Origin: the human T2T-CHM13v2.0 reference genome, Homo sapiens
Length of the DNA: 64,000 nt
Strand: one strand, 5' to 3'
NCBI RefSeq assembly: GCF_009914755.1
Contig: NC_060934.1
The position numbers were made by a program, and so were the translations under genes. Under the pieces are notes generated by a model. That model saw only the letters and a list, made by a program, of their open reading frames with translations, did not search any database and was not told where the DNA came from. Below are positions 42,376-55,455 of the stretch, one piece after another (the first letter of the stretch is position 1; each line of letters opens with the position of its first letter).

Positions 42376-44394
42376 TAAATTCTCTCTCAGATGTTTCAAA
42401 TGTACATTATTGTCTTTCCTCTGCTGTAAGACAGTATTTTTTTTTTAAATAAAGGAGAGTAAACAAACAACTTATTAAGTCATCATAGGTTAGCACAAAT
42501 ATTTTCTTATTAATTGTAAAGATTGTTGTAAGTATAAGGCTCCCCAGAATGACATTTTGTTTTGGATTATTTTAACCTGCATGCCAAAATTAAATTATAA
42601 TGTCTTAATTACAAGATGTGTCAAAAAGCAAAATTTTCCAATTAACTAGAAAATACTGGTCACCTGACTTCCCAGAAATGTGCAATTCAAAGATTTCCTG
42701 ATCATTTTACATTTATGACAACCTTAGTTATTTAAGGAAATAAATTAATAAGCATTAACATATTGTAAGTTTTAGTTCATGTTTTATCCATTTAAATTAA
42801 GTCTGTAATATTGGCTAATCAAATGATTGAATTAATAAGAGGACACCAAAGCATTAAAATAAATGGGAAGGAATAGATCCAGGATTGTAACAATGCCTGA
42901 ATACCAATAACACTATTCTTTCTTAGCCATTTATTTTTTTTAGCCATTTATTTTCTATATATGTATATGTATTATATTATATATATATTCTATATATATA
43001 CACACACACGCACATACATGCATGCATAATATATAAGTGGAGCTCAACACTCTGTGTCTGAAAAATATTTGAAATACTTTTCAAACACTCTGGATTAGAC
43101 AAAGAAAATAAGTTCCATCAAATATATTTTCCTTGAATTTTGCACCCCTTGTATTTAGAGGAAAACTTAGTCCATGTGTTTCTGATTATTTAACATTTAA
43201 CCCATCAAAACATTTGTTTTGAAAATAATACTTATGTCCAAAACTTTCTGAGTCTTTATAATGAGTTCTCCTTTCAAGAATTTGGCATAAATTGAGGAGA
43301 TTTTAAAAAAGTGGTTTAAGGTATAGTAGTTCTTTCAAACCAATAACTTTTAATAATGAACTATTCTGGATAAATATTTCTCCAATATATATTTGTAATT
43401 CTAAATTATAATCTATGTTAAGATAAAATATATATGTATTTTTGTTACCTGAAGATAATCTTTCTATTTATTGTATCTAAGAATATACTTTTAAAAATAC
43501 TTACAGAACTTAATATCAGATAGAACTATAAGCAAAATTATACTTTAAAGGAAGAAAGAAATGCAGAAGAAAATAGTGGAAGTCATATGTAAAAATATAT
43601 ACAAGATTTTTAGTGCAGAGATATATTATTAATAAATCCAAGATAGTTCTTAACAGAAGTGGTGTTTCTTAATACTTCTTATAATCAGATTGGTTTAACC
43701 TTTATTTATAACTAAAATTATAAGATAAAAAATTGATTTTTAAGTGTTTTTAACGTAAAATAACCATACATTAATATTTTATATGCTAGAAGATATAGTT
43801 GCTTAATATTATCTAAGCAATGTTGCAGGCAAATGAATTGTACTGGACTTAGGAAATTTAGAGATGTTAATATGAGTGCAAAACCATTTATTACTAGGCA
43901 CTAATTAATTCAAAGAAAATTAGGATTTGTTAAAATAGAGATCATTAATAGTCTGATATAATATATATTATGTGTTTAATATATAATTAATTATATCTTT
44001 AGGTGTACTTCTATGTATTTTTAAATTGACCTTTTTCTTTTACCTCATCATTTATCTATGTTTTATGGGAATTATCTCGATCTATGTTGATGTCTATATC
44101 CACATCTATCAATCATTTATCAACATTCATATAATCTAGATATATGATCACTTTAAATGGTTTCATAATATTCTATAATGTATGGGTATATCAAAATTGT
44201 TTCACTATTTCTTCCTTTAAAAAATATATCATGCTTTAATCCACTACCCTATAAAGAATGTTTAGAACTTTTGCGATGTACAATATGAAAGTTTTTGCAA
44301 ATTCCATCTCTTTACACTTACAATGGTTCTAGGTGGGAAGACTGCACAAGACTCGCAGGCGATCTTAAATACGTTGTTCTGTATTTTTTTAAAA

Positions 44395-45060
<666 letters not shown>

Positions 45061-45179
45061 GCAACTAATTATGAAGAAACCTATTACTCTAAGTACTTAA
45101 AAGGAGAATTTGAACAGAAATTTCTTTATTAAATCATTATTTTTCTTATTATGAGACTGATGATTAATGAAAATATTTG

Positions 45180-45440
45180 GTGCTTAAGACAGAGGCACTG
45201 GGTTAAGGATGTCTTAGTTTGAGTCGTAGATTCTCCATTTACACACCTTGTGACAAGTGATGTAACCTCTCTAAAAACTTCCAGAATTTTTATTTGTTTT
45301 GTTTTTGTTTGTAAAATGGGGCTACCAACCCCATGTGATTGCTGAGAATTAAATAATGAAAAATAGTGCTTAATATGACATGTGACACAAGTCAAAGAAC
45401 TAAATAAATATTCATTATTACTGATAGGATTTTATCATTA
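45180..45440 (+). mobile_element. MIR (near full length)
   Basis: tgtgacaagtgatgtaacctctcta...tgtaaaatggggct...gattgctgagaattaaataatg. Confidence 0.8.
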
Positions 45441-48020
45441 TCATTATTAATTGGGGACAATATTCTGACAAGAGTTCATTTTAAAACTACAAATAGAGGC
45501 AAGAATCACAGTTTCTATTGATTCAACTGCTATTACTGGGGTGGGGAATTCCCTCTCTTTAAACATGAACTTTCAATGTAAAAGGAGATCAGTGCTAATG
45601 TTTGGGAAGATCTGTTTATTTTTGACATTCCCTAGGGAGCTTTAGGAACTCTGGGCATCTCAGCCATGTATTTGTTTACCTTTGGTTTACCCAGGGAACA
45701 AAAAATCATGAAGAAATGCTGGACCAATTGTCATGGATTAATCGTTCATTAGTTACATAATTATTAGAGAAATAATCATAACACAGTAGATTTATTTCTA
45801 GAATAAATAAAAGAACATGCATTTTATATTAATTGATAGACAATATCATAGATAACACACATTAATATTCACTTCAGGTTTTATCCTGTTATTTCATTAA
45901 TCTAGAAAACAAACTTTTTTTTGCTGGCTTAAAGTATCAGCTCAGTTTTTCTACTAATTTAAAATTGTACAATATCAGTACACGTATTATAATTGGTTGC
46001 CACAGGGTACAGATCACTATTTGTATGTGCAAAGTGGAAACTATAGCAAATACTAAATGCTAATATATGTGCTAAGTCTTAATTCATCATTTTATTTTGG
46101 AACAAAGGGAATCAAGGGAAATGTATTTGCCAATAAACTTTAATATATGTCTCCCTGGAGCAATGATTATAAGATTAAATTGCAGAGAAATACAATAGTA
46201 TGTACACTAAGCGATTCAAAATATGTCATTCCCTACTAATTTGGTCAAAGCCAGGAATTTAGAAAAAGGAAAGATTAGTTTCTGTTGAATTTCATTTTAT
46301 GCCTTATGTTAGAAATTTGTAAAACTGTCTCTTGCTGGCTCTCAGATTGTGAAATAACAATGAATGCAGCTCCAGGCAAGCTGCCTTTCAGGCAGACCTG
46401 TCAGGAGAGAGACAGACAGTTCAGGGTAATTCATTCTTGCCACCGAGTCTCAAGTGACTTGTGAAGGAATCTGGCATTTCTAAAATATAAATAGCATTAA
46501 CTCACAGCAAGAAAGAGAAAGTGTTCTTCATGCTTACTGAGAGGCAAAAGATCAGCAGTGAGCAACGGAAAGCCATCATGGGGTTTAATGACAGGATTTT
46601 TAGAAAAGGGGAATTTCATAGTAACTAACTGTAAAGGACACACCTCACCAAGTCGACGGATTTCCTGAGGGTAATTGATTCCCAGTGTTTTACAAGTCCA
46701 TGTTCTTCAGGATGATCTTAGTGTGCACAAAAATCATATGCAAATGAATTTTGGATCAAGATACAAAAATAAAATAAACCAGTGAAAATAAAATGAAGGG
46801 AACTAGGAAAGCGCAAAACAGACTCAAAGCCTTAATGTTTTTGCTCATTAATTCAGCATGTAACTCACATTCCAATGGAAGCAGAAGAGGTTGAGCCCAC
46901 AATCAAACTGTCACTGAATTCTAAACCAAAACTGAAGTATGGACTTCTTCTCATTAGGGTCACGTTGCCAGGACTATACAATGAAATGCCTGGCCGTGAG
47001 AGTCCAGCAATTTTCTTTGCTCTCAGAGTTCCTGTTTGGAAAAGAAATCTGAGAACTTCATGGTGGTAAGTGTTATTACTTCAAGAATTCACCCCGTGGA
47101 ATTCATAAATCATTGTATTTCTACTGCTGCTCTATTGAAGGACTAAGGGAAAATATGAGGAAACGTGAGTGAAAGGAGGTGTTAAGGAGGGTTTCCTTCT
47201 TTTCTTCTTTCCCTCTTTTTTGCTGCTGTTAATTTACATAGGATCATATGCTAGAACTGTTTCCCATTTGGGTTTTATTTCGCAGAGCCTACTGAGGAAA
47301 ACATTAAAACATGCTTTAAACAGGTATTTGTCAACAGGAAAGACCAACAAGATAGGAAACGAATGATGTCCACTTAGCACCTATTTGTCACTGTGTCAGG
47401 GTAGGAATTGTCTTGGTCTTGTCCCTGGACATCTGTGGGTTGGTCGTTTTATTCAAATCTTTTTCCTACTGATTTCACACTGTTTTTTGGGTGTCATCAC
47501 ATTTTTAATATCAACAGGGTCCATGGCTTGGGATGCTTGACCACCATCAAAAGATCAATATATATGCATGAAGCCAGTCTTGTTAGACTATAGCCTGCCA
47601 GGCTATGAGACTCATGATTTCCCATCTCCCAGAGGTTAGAAGCTTTGGTGATCTTAGCATGGGCATAAACCCAGCCACTTACAATCTGTCCCCTGTTCAT
47701 TTTTTAGGACTCTTATTTATTCTATGATAATATGTTCTGTTAGGCCAATATGCTTTATTATATCTCTTTGATGTCAACACAGCCTATAATCATATAGAGG
47801 CAAGGAAACGCCGCTAGATGATGTTCTATTCAGATGTAATGTGGATCAGATGGTGACATTTTATTCTTACTGCATTTGCTACCAACATGACACATGGTAG
47901 AAGTACATCCCCCATCTTCCTTGGATCTTATCGCAGGCCTTCCTACCTGACTGTGACTCTCACCTTCCTCACCTGCCTTCCTCTAGAGATGAGTGAGATG
48001 GCCAAATGGCCAGCAGCCCT

Positions 48021-48034
48021 GTTCCCATGGCAAC
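48021..48034. promoter_or_regulatory. RFX X-box motif
   Basis: GTTCCCATGGCAAC fits the palindromic consensus GTTNCCATGGNAAC; motif only. Confidence 0.5.
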
Positions 48035-48379
48035 ACCTTTCCCAGTGCAAAAGAAGTTTGTGATTTGTGGTTCTCCCTGCTGTTGATGAGGCCTGAAACT
48101 GAATGAGATTTCATTTCTTAGACTTGAATAAATTGTATTTGAGGCGTCTTTTCTATCACAGTCAATCTACCTGTTATATTGGTCTCAGTGTCCTCGACTC
48201 TGTAAATACCCAGGGTATAGCCCTGGCAGGCGTGATGTGGAAACTCTTGACTGATATTCTTCATTCTTGCTGAAACATGCAAAGGCATGAGCTACAGGCT
48301 CAGACGGGAGGTTTACTGCCATGTCCTTTTACAAAGCTCCTTTTCCTCCTCTGTATAAGGGGAGTTGATGTGTGTGTCC

Positions 48380-48600
48380 TCTCATTTAAGCAGCCGTGCA
48401 CTGAGCACATGCATCACGCTGCACACTGCTCCAGCTTACAGAGGAAAAAAAGAGAACAAAGCTGCTGTTTATGAAACATACATTCTGGTTGGGGAAGCAA
48501 TAAACACACAGACAACTATTTGGGGGGATAACAGGAAACACGATCAAGTAAAGTAAAGTGTTAGAGCATGGGGGGTGCACAGCTTTCAACAGAGAAGGTG
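48380..48600 (-). mobile_element. L2 3' fragment
   Basis: cactgagcacatgc...tttatgaaacatacattctggttggggaagcaataaaca. Confidence 0.55.
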
Positions 48601-48819
48601 AAGACAAGAACACCTGCCGCCCACACTGTCAACTAACATGAGAAGTCCCTGCAGAGGTGAAGGGCTGGGAAAAAGGTAACTATTATCATGCTGTTGTGCC
48701 CGTTAATGTGGATTTGTGCTCAAAGTAAAAGCAAGCATCACCATCAGATATAGTAACAGAAGTGGTATGAAAACTAAATGATCACATCATGAGTAAAACC
48801 CATTCATTCTAATCACTTC

Positions 48820-49040
48820 TTTAATTTATTGGGCAGCTACCATGTACACCACACTGTAATAGATCATTCATATATAGTATTTTATTTTATGGTATCTACA
48901 GTCCTCTTTTACATATTCCCTCCACTTTATGGTTGAGTGGGCTAAGGTAAGAGAAATTCAATGACTTCCCTGGTGGACCGTGGTGTGTGCACTCTGAGAT
49001 TGGGAATCCACCCAGGCCTCCAATCTCCTAGCTCTGTGCT
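48820..49040 (-). mobile_element. MIR
   Basis: atttattgggcagctaccatgtac...ccactttatggttgagtgggctaagg...aatgacttccc. Confidence 0.65.
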
Positions 49041-49480
49041 CCTCCCTTCACATCTTATGACCTCCCTGGAGCTAGTTTCTCCAACTCTAAGAATTCTGCA
49101 TCAGTGAGTAGGTTATGGATTGGCCATTTCACTTGGTGTTTGGAGAAAACCCTGCCTTGTTACTTATAATGCCCTCTCATATGGTGATGGGTTTGTGAGG
49201 TTATGTTGAGAGCTAGGTGTCCCATTGGGTGGGATGGAGTGGGCATCAGGATGAGTCTCTCCGGAGGGGATGGGAATCTCAAATGCCAGCCGCTGAATGA
49301 TGAGTGGGTGCTCAAACCGGAATCTGGATTTGTGAAGGTGGATCGTAGGCTGGGAAAAAAGGTCATATTTTCTCACTCCAACTCTGATAAGCTGATAGGT
49401 TTAGCACAGGGTATGTTTTAACCCTATATTTGAGGTTACATATTTTTCCCCATATTAAGGCTGTGGTATATTTTATATTG

Positions 49481-49845
49481 TGTATTAGTCCATTTTCACA
49501 CTGCTATAAAGAACTGCCCAAGACTGGGAAATTTATAAAGAAAAGTAGTTTAATGGACTCATAATTCCACATGGTTGGGGAGGCCTCGGGAAACTTACAA
49601 TCATGGCAGAGGGTGAAGGAGATGCCAGTACCTTCCTTCACAAGGCCGCAGAAAAAGAGAGCAAACGGGAGATGCCAGACACTTATCAAACAACCAGATC
49701 TTGTGAGAGTGCCCTCACTATCATGAGAACAGCATGGGGGAAACCACCCCCACGATCCAATCACCTCTCACCACGTTCCTCTGTCCACACATGCGGATTA
49801 CAATTTGAGATGACATTTGGGTGGGGACACAGCCAAACCATATCA
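49481..49845 (-). mobile_element. THE1D/MSTA-type MaLR solo LTR, complete
   Basis: tgtattagtccattttcacactgctataaag...ggggacacagccaaaccatatca; perfect 5-bp TSD tattg at 49476-49480 and 49846-49850. Confidence 0.95.
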
Positions 49846-50339
49846 TATTGAAAAACAAATTATCCAAATTCATAATAATGTATGTCTTCTTTCCATTAGT
49901 CTTTAGGAAAATCGTTCTTGACTTAGTTTACTTCTCTATGCTGCCGACAAGATTGATGTTGATGATAATGGTTAGTAAGAGATTATAGACAGCCCAAATT
50001 ACATGGAAAATCTAATCCAAGCACTGGACCACCACCATGCTGATGAAATGTTTTCTTGGGGATATTCTTAGTGGTATTCCTCAAAATCAAAAGTTAGTTC
50101 TAATTGTTCTATTTTAGTAAAATTTACCCCCAAAACAGAGTTTGCTGTCCCCTTGGCTTTTAGAACAGAACGCTGTGATACTTTGGAATTAACTGATTTT
50201 TAAAAATGTTCTTTTTCTTACTAAAAAAAATACCCATTAGTATCTCTCCTAACTATTTTCATAGAGTTCAAGTACTGCAGTAAGAGCTCCATTAGGATTT
50301 TATTTTAAGCAAATTATTTTTATTCTTTTGACTTTTAAA

Positions 50340-50438
50340 AAATTTTTAACATTTATTTTAGGTTCGGGGGTACAAGTACAGGTTTCTTATGTAGGTAAAT
50401 TTTGTGTCATGGGGGTTTGGTGTAAAGAATATTTCATC
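50340..50438 (-). mobile_element. Old L1PA (PA13-16-like) 3' terminal fragment
   Basis: ttttaggttcgggggtacaagtacaggtttcttatgtaggtaaattttgtgtcatgggggtttggtgta. Confidence 0.85.
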
Positions 50439-50539
50439 ATTATTTTTTGTCTCAAAAAATATAAAAAAGTATGTATCTTCTTATTACAGAAATAACTTTT
50501 AAAAATCATCCTGAGTAGTAAATTATCAGCACTAAAGCA

Positions 50540-52525
50540 TATAGAAATTGGCTTCATAAAATGAGAAAGTGTCTCTGCTACTTTCTGGAAGAGGTCAAAG
50601 GGAACTGGTATTTCTTCTTCATTAAATATTTCATGGAATTCACCAGTGAAACCTTTTGGGACTGATTTTTTTAATGTCATTAATTATTAATTCCACCTCT
50701 TTAACAGATATAGCACTACTCAAGTTATATAGGTTTCCTTTTATGGGTTTTGGTAGTTTGTGCCTTTTAAGGAATAGATCCATTTCATCTAAATTATCAA
50801 ATGTATGACATAGAGTTGTACATAGTATTCCTTTAATATCATTTTAATCTCCATAGAATCAGTAGTAAATCTTACTTGATTTCTGGTATTTTTAAATTTT
50901 GCCTTCTCACTCTCTCTCTTTTTAAAAAAACTTTTTCTCATTTAACCTGGCTTGAGGTGTTGCAATTTTACTGATCTTTTCAGAGAACCAGGCAGCTTTT
51001 TGTGTTGCCGATTTTTTTCCATCGTTTCCTTGTTTTCAGCTTCATTGACTTGTGCTCTAGTGTGTGTTATGTCTTTTCTATGGCTGGCTATAGGCTTACA
51101 TTGTTCTTTCTTCATTTCTTAGGTGGAAGCTTATGTTATTGATTGTAGATTTTTTTCTAAGTATGCATCCAATCCTATAAAATCCCTTTAAGAACCACTT
51201 CTACCACACTCGGCCCATTATATAAGATGCATTTTCCTTTAGTTAAAAATAGTTTTTAACTTTTCTTGAGACTTCTTCTTCGACTTGTAAATTATTTAAA
51301 AATATATTGTTTAATTGTCATATATTTGGAGGGTTTTCCAGCTATATTTTGGCTATTGATTTCTAGTTTAATTCCACTGTGTTGTAAACACATACTTTGT
51401 TTGATGTCTATTGTTTTAAATTTGTTAAGGAGTGCGTTTTAGACCACAAGATGGTCTATATTGGTGAATATTTCCTGTGAACTTGAAAAGAATGTGTATT
51501 CCACTGTTACTAATGTATTCTATATATGTCAATTTGTATGTGTTGATTGATAGTGCTCTTCAGTTCAACCATATCTTTACTGATTTTCTGTCTGCTTAAT
51601 CTATCAGTTAAAAAAGGTGGGGTGTTGAAGTCTCCAACTGTAGCAGTAGATTTGTGTATTTCTTTCTTCAGTTCCATCAGGTTTTGTCACATGTATTTTT
51701 ACCCTCAATGGACGCACCTTGAGGATTGTTATGCCACGTGGAAAATTCAACTCTTCATCTCTCAGATAGAGCCTGTGCCTTGCAGTGCATCTGTCTGTAA
51801 TTCACTGTTATTATATTACGGGCATGGTGGGGAGGTGGGGAGGAGGGGAGTGTATACCATCTTCCCTTTACATATCAATGTTTCAGGAGACAGTGTCTTG
51901 GAGATGTAGCTTTCACAAGTGTCTCTCCAGTGGTATAGCTTTTTTCTCTCCACTATCCTTTCTTCCTTCTATGGCCTTGATATTCTCCATCTATTTCCTT
52001 GAAGTCCTGACTGTTATTGCTTGTGGGTTTTGGAGGAATACCCTTCCCCCACGGGGATATGGCTTTGACAGCATCTTTTTCCCTAGTGTGTAGGTCTTTT
52101 TTATGGAAAAAATTATGTGTTTTACAACGATTACTTTTATCTCCCCCCTGAAATGACTAAGAGGCGATGTTTCTCTGATTTTCACTGTAAGAAGTGTGGG
52201 TTCCTGGAGGTAAAGTCCAGGAAAGTGCGAGCTCCCCTAAGACTGCAGCGCCACGCTGGACACTAAGCCTCCCGCAGGTCCTCCAGTGACCATGCCAGTG
52301 TTCCTAGCCCTCAGGGATCCAGCAGCTTCTGTTCCAGGTGAACACCTCTGGGCTGTGTCTCTCCAGATGAACCTGTCTCTCCAGATGTTGGTGCTGTAGT
52401 TTGCTTTGCAACCTCAGTTCTCTGATGGCTCTTATAAAGTTGTTTTCAGTTTTTCCAGATTTTTTCTATTGTAAGGACAGAGTGACAGCTCCAAGTTCTT
52501 TCATGTTAAAACTGAAAACCTAAGC
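50540..52525 (-). mobile_element. L1MD-type element: ORF2 fragment joined to 5' end
   Basis: ORF 50387..50680 PKGFTGEFHEIFNEE resembles L1 ORF2 PDGFTGEFYQTFKEE; 5' end gggttcctggaggtaaag, ctaagactgcagc, acctcagttctctgatgg, gagtgacagctccaagttcttt. Confidence 0.85.
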
Positions 52526-53659
52526 CCATACATATTGTATTTTAACAACTGTAGACATATGATTAAACTTGGACATTTTTAGATTAAATATCTTCCCTTA
52601 ACTAGAGAGCTTACTTGCCAAGATGATGCAGTTATTAAGTGGTATAGAAAATACCTTTAAAATTACACCCAAGCTCATACCTGTAGCTGATAGTGAGTCA
52701 AAACTCCACAGATTTTCCAAGTCAAGTCAGTAGGCTTGCTAGAGGCTGGGAAGACAAGAACACAACATCTAATCTTGTCATCAAATTAAAAAGAACATGA
52801 CGTAAGTATTGAAGAGCCGGGGCAGGCATCTGAAGAATATTAAAATACCCTTGTGTTAATATGAGTAGGATATAGTGAAAAAGTTAAATAGACAGAAGAT
52901 GAGTCCAGGAAATCACAAGATACCAGGGATCCTGTCTTCATCCAGAGTTTATGAGTTCCTCCTTTTATGACATGCAGGACAAGTGAGCCTGTGGGGGCAG
53001 AGCTGATGCACATGTTCAGTAGGGGAAGAACTCACCTCATTTAAGGACACAGCTCTCAACTAATGATGCCATCAGTATGTTGAGTAATGCATCAAACATT
53101 ATTAACTATTCCAATTAGATAAATTTTAGCCAAGAGGATTTAAACACATGTGGAAATGCTTGCGTAGACAAGCATTCTCATAGATAAAAATTCTACAATT
53201 TACTAAAAAGGGGAACTTTTTGAAGCCAACTTTTAGGCACGCAATGGTGAAAACAAACCAAGAAATTAAAAACTCAGAATGGTTTACTCGTGTAGTGGGG
53301 GAAGTTGTATTTCTAATCAAACTCACTTGGATTCAAATCCACTTTTGATTTTTACTCATCATACTCCTTAATTTGCTTAATCAATCTGCTTTCTACCTTC
53401 AGCTATGAAATACGCCTCCTGTGTATACAGCATAAGAGTGCTATGAATTATCCTACATCCGTTGAAAATTATTAAAAAGTTACTGTGATTCCCCCCATGA
53501 TCTGTAGTATATTTGATGTCTGGAGTCATACTTTAACCACCTCTGCATCGCCAATGCACAGCCTAGTCTATGGCCCTGGACAGCGTCCAGTGAAAATTTG
53601 ATGAACTAAATGTCCTCCCTCCTCTGACCATTTTAAACATTGCAAATTAATGTTCTTAA

Positions 53660-53880
53660 ACTCATTCTTCTTTATTCACTATAAAATAACATGTTCACTA
53701 CTCTGTACTCTACAAGGCATCATAGCAGTCACCAACAATAAATAAATAAATAAAAAGGTAGAAGGTAGTATCATCCTCTCAAGGAACTTACACTCTATCT
53801 GCAGAGATAAAAACACCTACACAGGTGTTTATTAACAACCCTGGGTGAGAGCTAATAAAGTACCCAATGAGTAGAGCAGA
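53660..53880 (-). mobile_element. L2 3' fragment
   Basis: tcatcctctcaaggaacttacactctatctgcagagataaaa. Confidence 0.5.
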
Positions 53881-53889
53881 TGTTGTACT

Positions 53890-54590
53890 GGTATCTATGT
53901 CTTACTGCATATGTGACCCAGAAACAAAAACAGGACTCAACCTGCATTCAGTAAAAAGGAGATTGATTGACTCACAAAACTAAAAGGTTAAAAGAAAACC
54001 TGGCACCAGACAAAGATGCTGCAGGGCCTGTCTTTGTCTGGGGCTCCATATCACCTGACTGGCTCCATACCCTGCTCTATATGGTGGAGTCTGGCGTCTT
54101 TAGTCTCACGTCACAATGGCATCCAGTCTAGAGTAACAGGGAAACTCTCTCCTCCAAAAACACACACAAGAAGTCATGCCCCTCAAGTTTCACTCACCTT
54201 ATTGCCTTGCTTTGCATTATGTTATTATCAGGCACCAGTTCCTGTGGCTAGAGGGATTGATTATTGCTGATCAAATTCCCCCAGATCAATGCTCATTTCT
54301 GCATCTTGTAGATGGACTTGTCCCTGGAAGAATGTTATGAAGACTGTGGTAGGACAGTGCATTTGCTTCTCCTGAGGATCTTGTTAAATGAGATTCAGAT
54401 TCAGCAGCTCCAAGGTAGAGCCTGAAGTTCTGCCTTTCTAACACCTCCGGGGGGCACTGCCGCTGCTGGGCTGATGCCACACTTCATTTTAGTTAGCAAG
54501 GGATTAGAGGAAGTGTTCCCCAGGGACTGCTGGAAAGTTCTTGCTGCAAGAATGAAGGTGGACAATGAGTGGTAGAAATAACAAATGCAT
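53890..54590 (-). mobile_element. Old MLT1 (K/L-like) LTR, interrupted by MER5
   Basis: actcaacctgcattcagtaaaaaggagattgattgactcacaaaactaaaagg; accagttcctgtggctagagggattgatta. Confidence 0.55.
54340..54500. mobile_element. MER5A/B
   Basis: ctgaggatcttgttaaatgagattcagattcagcag...ttctgcctttctaaca. Confidence 0.75.
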
Positions 54591-54679
54591 ATTCAAAGTG
54601 AGGGTTGAGAAGGGTAGCCCAGAGTGAGCTGAGGGCTGGTCACGAGTGGTCTTATTAGGATCCTGTGTGAGAGGGTGGC

Positions 54680-54870
54680 TTGGGAGCCAGGCTTCCCAGC
54701 ACGGGACTCACATCTTCCACCAGCTACTCTGTGCCTGTTTCCTCCACTGTAAGATTGAAATGATAGAGCTATTATGTCATAGGGCTGTTAGAGGATTAAA
54801 TTAGTTACTATTTCTAAAATACTTAGAATAATACTGTACATATACAATGTACTCTAAGTTTGCTCAGATG
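54680..54870 (+). mobile_element. MIR
   Basis: ctctgtgcctgtttcctccactgtaagattg...catagggctgttagaggattaaattag. Confidence 0.8.
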
Positions 54871-54925
54871 AAAATAACTAAAATCAGCTACATATAAAAT
54901 AAGTATTTATTGGGGGTAGTGTTTA

Positions 54926-55227
54926 TTTTTTAATTTCTTTTTTGTGAGATGGTCTTGCTCTGTTGCCCAGGCTGTAATGCAATGGCTCAAACACTGTTCA
55001 TTGCAGGCCCGACCTCCCAGGCTCAAGCAATCCTCCTACCTCAGTCTCCTGAGGAGCTGGTACCCACCCACCATGCCTGGCTATTTCTCTGTTTTTTTTG
55101 TATTTTGTTAGTAGAAACAGGGTTTCACCCATTGCCCAGGTTGATCTCAAACTCCTGGGCTCAAGTGATTCGCCCACCCTGGCTCCCAAAGTGCTGGGAT
55201 TACAGGCATAAGCCACCGCACCTGGCT
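54926..55227 (-). mobile_element. AluJ, full length
   Basis: J-type gctcaagcaatcctcctacctcag and ctcctgggctcaagtgat; TSD gggg(g/a)tagtgttta at 54912-54925 and 55228-55241. Confidence 0.95.
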
Positions 55228-55267
55228 GGGGATAGTGTTTAAAAAGGCAATATCAATAGGCTAGAGT

Positions 55268-55455
55268 TAGTGGTTCTCACACTTTAGCATGTATCAAAAT
55301 TACCTGGAAGGCTTGTTAAAAGAAAGACTGTTGGGCCTCATTCCCGGTGTTTCTGATTCCACAGTTCTCAGGAAGTACCTTAAGCATGTCACTTCTAACA
55401 AGTTTTGCATTGATGTTGATGCGGCCGGCGTGGGGACCTAAGTTTGTGAGCCATC
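55268..55455. mobile_element. MER5A/B
   Basis: agtggttctcacactttagcatgtatcaaaattacctggaaggcttgttaaaa...tttctgattc...ttctaacaag. Confidence 0.85.

Noticed and set aside
40887-42926. 19/21 match aataacact(c/a)ttctt(c/t)cttag at about 40887 and 42906
   Set aside because: Short, AT-rich and not extendable; consistent with chance
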